Assembly (NCBI GenBank): GCA_011049295.1
Contig: DSCA01000203.1
Coordinates: 1 to 16,693 of the forward strand
DNA: 16,693 bases
Direction of reading: 5' to 3'
Source of the DNA: Thermoplasmatales archaeon
Lineage (GTDB): Archaea > Thermoplasmatota > E2 > UBA202 > DSCA01
Below the pieces are notes generated by a model. That model was not told where the DNA came from and did no database searches. It worked only from the letters and a program-made list of their open reading frames with translations. A program made the position numbers and the translations under genes. Positions 1 to 7,029 of the stretch are shown here, in pieces. Position 1 is the stretch's first letter. Each line of letters begins with the position of its first letter.

Positions 1-121
1 CTGCAGCATCGCCCACAATGATAGACTTCTTTCAGCGGTTAGCATGTATCCAGCAGGTGCTGATGCTGGCCCCATCACCACCTGCTGCGTGCTGCCTTCT
101 CATTTACCGGACAACGCTTGT

Positions 122-322
122 TTACGGTTTCTCGTCCGGCAGACACTCCGAGGCAGGCACGCCTCCCAGACCCCAGTGTGATTTGGGCACCTCGTGCACC
201 AGCACTTCCACTGCCCGGGCCGGAATGCCCAGGTCCTCAAACACCCGGGTTATCTCTTTTACCAGGTGGCGAGCCCGCTCCGGGGCCACACCCTTCCACA
301 TGTGTACGTGTACAATCGGCAT
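122..322 (-). CDS. 4-oxalocrotonate tautomerase family protein (66 aa); start moved to the internal Met-Pro
   Basis: Translation from 322 reads MPIVHVHMWKGVAPERARHLVKEITRVFEDLGIPARAVEVLVHEVPKSHWGLGG, the beta-alpha-beta tautomerase signature. The Met-Pro N-terminus supplies the catalytic Pro1. A TATA-like element sits 25 nt upstream on the minus strand. The track's 385 start adds 21 non-conserved residues. Confidence 0.8.
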   Translation of the reverse strand: MPIVHVHMWKGVAPERARHLVKEITRVFEDLGIPARAVEVLVHEVPKSHWGLGGVPASECLPDEKP

Positions 323-343
323 GTTTCCCCGATGGGCTGCGCC

Positions 344-351
344 TTTAAAAA
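344..351 (-). promoter_or_regulatory. TATA-like box (tttttaaa on the minus strand) about 26 nt upstream of the tautomerase ATG at 322; leaderless
   Basis: AT-rich octamer in a 71-nt divergent intergenic region. The spacing fits archaeal TATA/TSS geometry. Confidence 0.45.
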
Positions 352-364
352 GGTGCGCCATAAC

Positions 365-373
365 TATAAATAA
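365..373 (+). promoter_or_regulatory. TATA box (tataaataa) about 25 nt upstream of the ATG at 394; leaderless stomatin transcript
   Basis: Near-consensus archaeal TATA element centred at 369. There is no SD before the ATG. Confidence 0.5.
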
Positions 374-393
374 GGTTATGCCCATGTAACCAT

Positions 394-1161
394 ATGGCCA
401 TTCCCCTCTCTGCCATCGTGCTGCTGGTTTTAATCGTCATCGTGGTTCTGGCTGCGGCCATCAAAATAGTGCGGGAATATGAGAGAGGGGTCATCTTCCG
501 GCTGGGCCGCCTGCTGGGGGCCAAGGGACCGGGCATTTTCTTCATCATTCCCATCTTTGACAACATGATAAAAATAGACCTGCGGGAGCACGTGCTGGAT
601 GTGCCCTCCCAGGAGGCCATCACCGCCGACAACGTGCCGGTGAGGGTCAACGCCGTGGTCTACTTCCGGGTGATGAACCCGGAGGACGCCGTGGTGCGCA
701 TCCAGAACTACATGCTGGGCACCTCCCAGATGGCTCAGACCACCCTGCGCAGCGTCATCGGCCAGGTGGAGCTGGACGAGGTTCTGCGGGAGCGGGACAA
801 AATCAACCAGCGTCTGCAGGCCATTCTGGACCAGGCCACCGACGAGTGGGGGGTCAAGGTGACCTCCGTGGAAATCAAGGACGTGGAGATTCCGGAGGGC
901 ATGCAGCGGGCCATGGCCAAGGCCGCCGAGGCTGAGCGGGACCGCCGGGCGCGCATCATCGCCGCCGAGGGGGAGCTGCAGGCGGCTGAGAAGCTGTCGG
1001 AGGCGGCCAAAATCATCAGCCAGGAGGAGGGCGGACTGCAGCTGCGCTTTTTGCAGACGGCGGCCGATATGGCCTCCTCGTCCAAGGGCTCCACCACCAT
1101 CCTGCTGCCCATTCCCATCGACCTCATCAGCTGGTTCCGGAAAGCCAGGGGAGAAAAATAG
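394..1161 (+). CDS. SPFH/band-7 domain protein (stomatin/prohibitin homologue), 255 aa
   Basis: N-terminal TM helix, then an SPFH core (REYERGVIFRLGRL, VDLREHVLDVPSQEAITADNV, VNAVVYFRV), then a coiled-coil Ala/Glu-rich tail. This is the typical prokaryotic stomatin architecture. Confidence 0.9.
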   Translation: MAIPLSAIVLLVLIVIVVLAAAIKIVREYERGVIFRLGRLLGAKGPGIFFIIPIFDNMIKIDLREHVLDVPSQEAITADNVPVRVNAVVYFRVMNPEDAVVRIQNYMLGTSQMAQTTLRSVIGQVELDEVLRERDKINQRLQAILDQATDEWGVKVTSVEIKDVEIPEGMQRAMAKAAEAERDRRARIIAAEGELQAAEKLSEAAKIISQEEGGLQLRFLQTAADMASSSKGSTTILLPIPIDLISWFRKARGEK

Positions 1162-1163
1162 GG

Positions 1164-1829
1164 CTAGAGACTGGCCAGGGAGAGCAGGGCCAGGCCCAGG
1201 GCGGCGGCCACCGGCGTGTACCGGCTCAGCGGCGAGGGCTCCGGGGAGGTTTGTGGCAGCGGGGTCAGATTGAGCGTAGCCAGAGCCACGGCTGTGGCGG
1301 TGACCGCGGCCGTGGTGGACAGCAGGTGCCAGAGGGTGAAGGGCAGAGCCAGGGTGAAGCAGGCGCTCAGTCCTTCCAGGGTATGGGGATACCATCCCAG
1401 CCAGCAGCCCAGGTTGGTCCACAGGTCGTAGAGGAGGACGGAGCCCACCCCCAGCCCCGCCATCTGGGCCACGGAAATGGGGCCCGGGCTGAGGCGGGAC
1501 CGGGCGTAGCCGCCCAGCAGGGCAATGAAGGCGAAGCCAGACCAGGTGAACAGAAAGATGGCCGTGTTGCCCAGCACCACATCGGTAACCAGCATGACGG
1601 CCAGGGGTATGAGCAGCGCGTACCGGCGACCCAGCAGAAGGCCGCCGAGCAGGGAAACGGTGGCCACCACGAAGAACAGGTCCATCATGAACAGGGGCTG
1701 GGTGATGCCGTGAAGGGTGACGGTGAGATGCGGGGTGGAGGGCAGCAGGCCGGACAGGAAGAATCTTCCGGCGACTCCCGCCGCTACCAGACAGAGAGCG
1801 ATGCCCAGTTTTTTGACGTTCATATTCAT
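1164..1829 (-). CDS. Polytopic membrane protein of about 6 TM helices, function unknown; possible substrate-capture or transport partner of the upstream DUF4430 gene
   Basis: A 221-aa ORF with good codon bias and 6 hydrophobic segments. A GAGGG SD lies 8 nt upstream of the ATG (aaagagggaaactATG). The gene sits 40 nt downstream of the DUF4430 gene on the same strand. Confidence 0.65.
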   Translation of the reverse strand: MNMNVKKLGIALCLVAAGVAGRFFLSGLLPSTPHLTVTLHGITQPLFMMDLFFVVATVSLLGGLLLGRRYALLIPLAVMLVTDVVLGNTAIFLFTWSGFAFIALLGGYARSRLSPGPISVAQMAGLGVGSVLLYDLWTNLGCWLGWYPHTLEGLSACFTLALPFTLWHLLSTTAAVTATAVALATLNLTPLPQTSPEPSPLSRYTPVAAALGLALLSLASL

Positions 1830-1869
1830 AGTTTCCCTCTTTTTACGAAACCCACGAGCATATTAAAGG

Positions 1870-2304
1870 TTAACCGTAGGTGGTAAATTTCCATTCCACG
1901 GTGTCGCCCTCCTGCACGGGCTGGCGGTCCGCTCCCACCATGCCGTAGTCGCCGTTTATCCAGTACAGCCAGTAGCGGTCCTGGTAGCCGTTTTCCACGC
2001 CGGCGATGGAGCCCACGAGCAGGCTGTCGTACTGGCCGTAGTAGGTGGTCTCTACCGTGAAGTTGCCCTGGCTGGCAGCCGCTGTGAGCAGACCAAGTAC
2101 TGTGGCATTGTGGTGATGCACCGTGAGGGAGGGATACCGCCATACGCTGCCGTTGGCAAAGGTGATGACCAGGGTTGCCTGCACCGGCTGGTCTCCAGAT
2201 TGGGAAACGTCGTTCTCCTGGCTGAGGGTGTAGGCATAGACGGCCAGGATGGCTGCAAAGACCGTGGATAAAACGGCGATGGCTGCCAGGATTTCCCGTC
2301 TCAT
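1870..2304 (-). CDS. DUF4430-like protein (transcobalamin/intrinsic-factor C-terminal-like fold) with an N-terminal signal/anchor helix, 144 aa
   Basis: N-terminal hydrophobic helix MRREILAAIAVLSTVFAAILAVYAY. C-terminal pattern YWLYWINGDYGMVGADRQPVQEGDTVEWKFTTY matches the W.Y.VNG...G......GD.I.W.Y signature of DUF4430 and the transcobalamin beta-domain. Confidence 0.65.
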   Translation of the reverse strand: MRREILAAIAVLSTVFAAILAVYAYTLSQENDVSQSGDQPVQATLVITFANGSVWRYPSLTVHHHNATVLGLLTAAASQGNFTVETTYYGQYDSLLVGSIAGVENGYQDRYWLYWINGDYGMVGADRQPVQEGDTVEWKFTTYG

Positions 2305-2398
2305 GTGTCCACCATAAATTTTTTTTTACAAAAGTAAAGTAAATTTTATATTTAAGGCTTGCGGGAAGGTTTAAGAGGCAACTGCGTATTGAGCACCA
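2305..2398. promoter_or_regulatory. AT-rich bidirectional promoter region between the divergent DUF4430 operon (-) and the regulator gene (+)
   Basis: A 94-nt spacer at about 25% GC in a roughly 63% GC background. It contains tttttttttacaaaagtaaagtaaattttatatttaagg with TATA-like elements oriented toward both starts. Confidence 0.5.
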
Positions 2399-3214
2399 AT
2401 GGACCTGCTCAGAGAAAAATCCCTCTCCACCCAGGTGCTCATTTTGCTGGAAATAGTCACCGGTCACCACTCCCGCCTGGCCCCCATCGCCGCCAAAATC
2501 GGCATCACCAAGCAGGCGGTCTCAGACTACCTGAAAAAAATGCGGGAGGACGGGCTGGTGAGAATGGCCGACGGCGAATACCGGGCCACCATGCAGGGCA
2601 CCCAGTTCCTGCACGCTCAGCTGCTGGAGCTCAAGCGGTTCTTGGAAAGCAGTCTCCAGAAGCTGGACATCATCGAGCGAGGGATAGCCATGGCCGGCAA
2701 CCCCATCCGGGAGGGAGACACGGTGGGGCTGTTCATGGAGCAGGGCATGCTGACCGCCTACAGCGGAAAAACATCATCCTCGACGGGGGTTGCCGTGCAC
2801 GACGCCTCCCCCGGAGAGGAGATAGCCATCCGTCACCTGAACGGCATGGTGGCCCTGGAGATGGGAACGGTGTACATGCTGGAACTCCCCGGCCCCGGGG
2901 AGGGAGGCTCTCGGGCCCTGGACGTGGAGGGCGTAGCCTCCACGCTGGAGGAGCTGTCGCCCCACCTGGTGGGGGCGGCGGGGGCGGTGGCCAGAGCCGT
3001 GCTGCACAAAATAGGCCAGAAACCGGACCTGGAATTCGGCATAGCCCCGGCCACCGTGGAGGCGGCACAGCGGGGGCTGAGCGTGGCCCTGCTGGGCAGC
3101 AGCGACGAAATATCTCCAGTGCTGTCCGCCATCGAGGAGTTCAACCGCTCGTCGCCCAGACGCCTCCCCTGTCAGGTCATCCGTTTTTCTCCTAAAACTA
3201 TTAAAAAGAGATAG
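2399..3214 (+). CDS. Winged-HTH transcriptional regulator with an uncharacterised C-terminal domain of about 190 aa, 271 aa
   Basis: The N-terminal 75 aa (LSTQVLILLEIVTGHHSRLAPIAAKIGITKQAVSDYLKKMREDGLV) are a MarR/ArsR-like wHTH. I do not recognise the rest. The alternative-frame ORF 2359-3195 is Arg/Gly-rich and spurious. Confidence 0.7.
   Translation: MDLLREKSLSTQVLILLEIVTGHHSRLAPIAAKIGITKQAVSDYLKKMREDGLVRMADGEYRATMQGTQFLHAQLLELKRFLESSLQKLDIIERGIAMAGNPIREGDTVGLFMEQGMLTAYSGKTSSSTGVAVHDASPGEEIAIRHLNGMVALEMGTVYMLELPGPGEGGSRALDVEGVASTLEELSPHLVGAAGAVARAVLHKIGQKPDLEFGIAPATVEAAQRGLSVALLGSSDEISPVLSAIEEFNRSSPRRLPCQVIRFSPKTIKKR
3201..3208 (+). promoter_or_regulatory. TATA-like element (ttaaaaag) about 24 nt upstream of the ATG at 3228
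   Basis: It lies inside the last codons of the regulator gene. The spacing supports ATG 3228 rather than GTG 3219 as the start of the ligase. Confidence 0.35.
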
Positions 3215-3227
3215 CGATGTGGAAACC

Positions 3228-4769
3228 ATGACGCTCTACGACCTTCTGAAACGAGGGGAGCGCCTGCACGCCGACCGACCCGCCGTCCTGTTCGGGGACG
3301 AGGTGCTCACCTACCACAAACTCAGGGAGCAGGCAGACGCGGTGGCCTCCTCCCTCCTGGAGCTGGGCATACAAAAGGGCGACAAGGTGGGGGTGTGGCT
3401 GCCCAACAGCGGCCGCTTTCTCTCCCTGTATTTCGGCATCACCGCCGTGGGAGCCACCATGGTGCCCCTGAACACCCGGTATCGTGCCCATGAGGTGTCC
3501 TACATCCTGCGCAATTCAGAGGCCCGAGCCCTGTTCATGGTGCCCTCCTTCCTCAAAATGGATTACCGGGAGATGCTGGCCGAGGTGCGCCCCCAGCTGG
3601 AAGGCCTGCAGCACGTGGTGGCCGTTGATGCAGAGGACAGCAGCGACGACGTCGGCCTGTCCTGGAGGGAATTTGTGGCCGGGAGCCGGCACTGCGACCC
3701 CGAGGAGCAGAGGGCGGAAGACGAGGACGTGGCTCTCATCCTCTATACCTCGGGCACCACCGGCCAGCCCAAGGGGGTGATGCTCACCCACCGCAACCTG
3801 GCCACCAACGCCCGGGTGACCGGAGAGGTCATGGAGGTGACCCCGGAGGACCGCTATTTCGTGCCCCTTCCCCTGTTCCATTCCTTCGGCCTGGTGCTGG
3901 GATGCCTGACCCCTCTCACCTTTGGCAGCAGCATCGTGCTCCAGGACGTGTTCGACGCCCGGGAGGCCCTGGAACTCATGGAGAAACACCGGTGCACCAT
4001 GAACTTCGGGGTACCCACCATGTTCATGCTGGAGCTGGAGGAGATGAGAAAGAGTTCCTACCACCTGTCTCTGCGCAGCGGCATGATGGGCGGCGCCCCC
4101 TGCCCCATAGAGGTGGTGAAGGGGGTACGCCAGGAGATGGGCTGCAACGTGTGCATCGGCTACGGCATCACCGAGACCTCCCCCCTCATCTCGCTCACCC
4201 GCTACCACGATGACGACGTCCAGCGGGCGGAAAGCGTGGGCCGGCCCCTTCCCGGGGTGGAGGTGCGAATCGTGGACGACCAGTGGAGGACCCTCCCGGA
4301 CGGGGAAATTGGGGAAATCGCCATTCGGGGCAACGTTATGAAGGGCTACTACCGGATGCCCGAGGCCACCCGGGAGGCCGTGGACGACCAGGGCTGGTAC
4401 TACAGCGGAGACCTGGGAAAAATGGATGCACAGGGCTACCTGTACATCACCGGGCGGAAAAAAGACATGATTGTGGTGGGAGGATTCAACGTCTATCCCC
4501 GGGAAATCGAGGAAGTGCTGTTCACTCATCCCGGGGTCCAAAACGTGGCCGTCATCGGGGTTCCCGACCCCCGGCTGGGGGAGGCGGTCAAGGCATGCAT
4601 CGTCCCCCGCGGCCAGGTGAGCAAAGAGGACATCAGGGAGTTCTGCCGCCAGAGGATGGCCAACTTCAAGGTGCCCACGTACGTGGAATTCATGGACTCC
4701 TTCCCCATGACGGCCAGCGGAAAGATTCAGAAGTACAAGTTGAGGGAGCAGCATGACCCATCCCAGTGA
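3228..4769 (+). CDS. AMP-forming acyl-CoA synthetase/ligase (ANL superfamily, FadD-like), about 513 aa
   Basis: Canonical motifs YTSGTTGQPKGV, GYGITE, YYSGDLG and GRKKDMIVVGGFNVYPREIE. The track's start at 3219 is GTG. I prefer the in-frame ATG at 3228 (MTLYDLL...). Confidence 0.9.
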   Translation: MTLYDLLKRGERLHADRPAVLFGDEVLTYHKLREQADAVASSLLELGIQKGDKVGVWLPNSGRFLSLYFGITAVGATMVPLNTRYRAHEVSYILRNSEARALFMVPSFLKMDYREMLAEVRPQLEGLQHVVAVDAEDSSDDVGLSWREFVAGSRHCDPEEQRAEDEDVALILYTSGTTGQPKGVMLTHRNLATNARVTGEVMEVTPEDRYFVPLPLFHSFGLVLGCLTPLTFGSSIVLQDVFDAREALELMEKHRCTMNFGVPTMFMLELEEMRKSSYHLSLRSGMMGGAPCPIEVVKGVRQEMGCNVCIGYGITETSPLISLTRYHDDDVQRAESVGRPLPGVEVRIVDDQWRTLPDGEIGEIAIRGNVMKGYYRMPEATREAVDDQGWYYSGDLGKMDAQGYLYITGRKKDMIVVGGFNVYPREIEEVLFTHPGVQNVAVIGVPDPRLGEAVKACIVPRGQVSKEDIREFCRQRMANFKVPTYVEFMDSFPMTASGKIQKYKLREQHDPSQ

Positions 4770-5931
4770 CGACCTCCGGGGGAGCTCCTCGGACAAACTG
4801 CGGGGAAAAACCGTGGTCCTGGGCGTCACCGGCAGCATCGCCGCCGTGGAGAGCGTCAAACTGGCCCGGGAGCTGACCCGGCACGGGGCCCGGGTGATTC
4901 CGGTGATGAGCCCCGCGGCCTGCCGCATCCTGCACCCCGACGCCCTGTGGTTTGCCACGGGCAGAAAGCCGGTCACCGACCTGACCGGGGACGTGGAGCA
5001 CGTCCGCCACTGCGGACGGCGAGAGAACCAAGCGGATATGCTGCTGGTGGCCCCCTGCACCGCCAACACCCTGTCCAAAATAGCCCTGCGGATAGACGAC
5101 ACCCCGGTGACCACCATGGCCACCACCGCCGTGGGCTCCGGCCTGCCGGCGCTGCTGGTCCCCGCCATGCATGCCGCCATGTACGACAATCCCTTCGTCA
5201 GGGACAACCTGCAGAGGTGCCGGGAGCAAGGCATCCATCTCGCCGACCCCCGCCGGGCAGAGGGAAAAGCCAAGATGCCGGAGATGGAGGACGTCGTGGC
5301 CCGGGTGCTGCGCCTGCTGGGAAAAAACGACTGGGCGGGAAAGCAGGTGCTGGTGGTGGGCGGGGCCACCGCCGAATACCTGGACCCGGTACGGGTGCTC
5401 ACCAACCGGTCATCGGGAAAAATGGCCCTGGCCCTGGCCGCCGCGGCCTACCAGCGGGGGGCGGAAGTGGAACTCTGGCACCACGGACTGAACCCCCCTG
5501 CTTACCTCAGCAGTAGCACCTTTACCACCAGCGTTGACCTGGTGCGCCGCGTCCAGCAGGCCGGCCGGTACCACTGCATCATCAACTGCGCCGCCATCAC
5601 CGACTTCACCTGCCGAGCCCAGGAGAGAAAAATGGCCTCCGGCCAGCCCCTGGACCTGCACCTAGAGCCGGTGCCCCGGATCAATCCCCTGCTGAGGGAG
5701 CACGCCAACCTGCTGGTGGGCTTCAAGCTGGAAACCGACCGGGAGCGGGCCCTGGAGCGGGCCTGGGAGACGCTGCACCGGGACGGGCTGGACTACGTGG
5801 TGGCCAACACCACGGCCTCCCTGGGAGGAGACGACGCCCAGGCCTGGATTATAGACCGGGAGAAAAACACCACGCCGGCCAGCGGAGCCAAATCCCAGGT
5901 GGCGGACAGACTCCTGGACCTCATACGATGA
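4753..5931 (+). CDS. coaBC: Bifunctional phosphopantothenoylcysteine decarboxylase / phosphopantothenate-cysteine ligase (CoaBC/Dfp), 392 aa
   Basis: N-terminal flavoprotein domain (KTVVLGVTGSIAAVES, PCTANTLSKIA) and C-terminal CoaB domain (GGATAEYLDPVRVLTNRSSGKMA). It overlaps the upstream ligase gene by 17 nt. Confidence 0.9.
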   Translation: MTHPSDDLRGSSSDKLRGKTVVLGVTGSIAAVESVKLARELTRHGARVIPVMSPAACRILHPDALWFATGRKPVTDLTGDVEHVRHCGRRENQADMLLVAPCTANTLSKIALRIDDTPVTTMATTAVGSGLPALLVPAMHAAMYDNPFVRDNLQRCREQGIHLADPRRAEGKAKMPEMEDVVARVLRLLGKNDWAGKQVLVVGGATAEYLDPVRVLTNRSSGKMALALAAAAYQRGAEVELWHHGLNPPAYLSSSTFTTSVDLVRRVQQAGRYHCIINCAAITDFTCRAQERKMASGQPLDLHLEPVPRINPLLREHANLLVGFKLETDRERALERAWETLHRDGLDYVVANTTASLGGDDAQAWIIDREKNTTPASGAKSQVADRLLDLIR

Positions 5932-6764
5932 ATGCCATCGCCTTTGCCCCCGCCCATGTCACCGGCTTTTTTGAAATATGCCGCACCTCCTCCCCGGAGA
6001 CCACCGGCTCCCGGGGGGCTGGTCTCTGCCTGTCCCTGGGGGCCACGGCCAGCGTGGAGCGCAGCGATCACACAGAGGTTATGGTAAACGGCCGTCCCGG
6101 GGGGGAGGTCACCGCCACCGCCCTCCGCCTGCTCACCCCGGAACCCCTCCGTGCCCATGTCACCCTGGACTTGCCCGTCTCCCAGGGCCTGGGGATGAGC
6201 GCCGCCGGAACCCTGGCCTCCACCCTGGCCGCTGCCTCCCTGCTGTGGCTGCCCCGGAAACGGGCGGTGGCCGCGGCTCACGTGGCCGAGGTTCGCTGCT
6301 CCACCGGCCTGGGAGACGTGCTGGCGGCGGCCCGGGGAGGGATAGAGGTACGGCTATCGCCGGGGCTGACCGGAGAAATCATCGGGGTGCCCGGAGGAGG
6401 GGAGGTGGTGGTGGCCGTGGTGGGCCCCCCGCTGCCCACCGTACAGGTGGTGACCGACGACCGGCAGGGGCAGCACATCTCCCGGGTGGGGAGACGATGC
6501 GTGGAGGACATGCTGCGCCGGCCCACCCTGGACAACCTGTTTTTTTTGTCCCGGCGGTTTGCCGAGGAAACAGGGCTCCTGCAGCCGGCGGTGGGGGCGG
6601 CAGTGGAGGCAGCGGCGGAGCATAGCCGGGTCTCCATGTGCATGCTGGGAAACGCGGTGTTTGCCATGGGGGACACTCCCGCCCTGCAGGAGGCGCTGGC
6701 CGGGCACGGAGACGTATACACCTGCCGTGTAGCGCAGAGAGGAGCCCGGCTCATCGGCCACTGA
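5928..6764 (+). CDS. GHMP-family kinase, probably archaeal pantoate kinase (PoK), 278 aa
   Basis: GHMP motif II PVSQGLGMSAAGTLASTLAAA. ATGA stop/start overlap with coaBC. Size and context fit COG1829 pantoate kinase, but archaeal GHMP shikimate kinase is not excluded. Confidence 0.65.
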   Translation: MNAIAFAPAHVTGFFEICRTSSPETTGSRGAGLCLSLGATASVERSDHTEVMVNGRPGGEVTATALRLLTPEPLRAHVTLDLPVSQGLGMSAAGTLASTLAAASLLWLPRKRAVAAAHVAEVRCSTGLGDVLAAARGGIEVRLSPGLTGEIIGVPGGGEVVVAVVGPPLPTVQVVTDDRQGQHISRVGRRCVEDMLRRPTLDNLFFLSRRFAEETGLLQPAVGAAVEAAAEHSRVSMCMLGNAVFAMGDTPALQEALAGHGDVYTCRVAQRGARLIGH

Positions 6765-6788
6765 GGTGGCCGTCAAAATTCGACAACG

Positions 6789-6796
6789 TTTTATAG
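6789..6796 (+). promoter_or_regulatory. TATA box (ttttatag) about 24 nt upstream of the ATG at 6816
   Basis: Near-consensus archaeal TATA in the 51-nt spacer after the PoK stop. Confidence 0.45.
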
Positions 6797-6815
6797 GCCG
6801 TACGGGTTTTTCGCC

Positions 6816-6989
6816 ATGGTCATTTTCGGCGTTCCCCTGTGGCTGCTGCTTCTCGTGGTCATTGCGGTCGTTCTCATCGGTTGGAAACTGGTGAAGTTTG
6901 CCCTCACCCTGCTGCTGTTGCTCATCCTGGTGCTGGGCATTCTGATGGTGGCAGACCTGATATGGCCCCACCTGACGTCGCTGTTCTAG
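6816..6989 (+). CDS. Small hydrophobic protein, 57 aa, two predicted TM helices; not in the ORF track
   Basis: ATG..TAG ORF encoding MVIFGVPLWLLLLVVIAVVLIGWKLVKFALTLLLLLILVLGILMVADLIWPHLTSLF. It has its own TATA at -24 and coding-like GC3 bias. It sits in a 265-nt gap that no credible ORF otherwise covers. Confidence 0.45.
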   Translation: MVIFGVPLWLLLLVVIAVVLIGWKLVKFALTLLLLLILVLGILMVADLIWPHLTSLF

Positions 6990-7001
6990 ACCCGGATTAA
7001 C

Positions 7002-7010
7002 TCTTTAAAC
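7002..7010 (+). promoter_or_regulatory. TATA-like element (tctttaaac) about 24 nt upstream of the hutI ATG at 7030
   Basis: AT-rich element in the 40-nt spacer. Confidence 0.35.
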
Positions 7011-7029
7011 AGCCGCCCATTTACCTCTT

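Noticed and set aside
1-84. Possible minus-strand partial ORF running off the 5' edge (…MGPASAPAGYMLTAERSLSLWAMLQ)
   Set aside because: Only about 28 codons are visible, with no recognisable motif and no obvious promoter or SD. I cannot support it from the sequence.
18-389. 123-aa + strand ORF at the window start
   Set aside because: It is wholly antisense to the well-supported tautomerase gene. It is Cys/Pro/Arg-rich with no recognisable domain. It is the GC-rich shadow frame.
430-1422. 330-aa minus-strand ORF
   Set aside because: Antisense to the stomatin gene. Gly/His/Pro/Leu-rich low-complexity translation.
1251-1886. 211-aa + ORF
   Set aside because: Antisense to the membrane-protein gene. 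Gln/Gly-rich and featureless. The same applies to 1826-2470, which is an alternate frame of the DUF4430 gene.
3516-5405. 629-aa minus-strand ORF
   Set aside because: Antisense across the acyl-CoA ligase and coaBC, both of which have unmistakable motifs on the + strand.
5978-6625. 215-aa + ORF
   Set aside because: Alternate frame within the GHMP-kinase gene. Arg/Gly/Pro-rich, and the GHMP motif is in the other frame.
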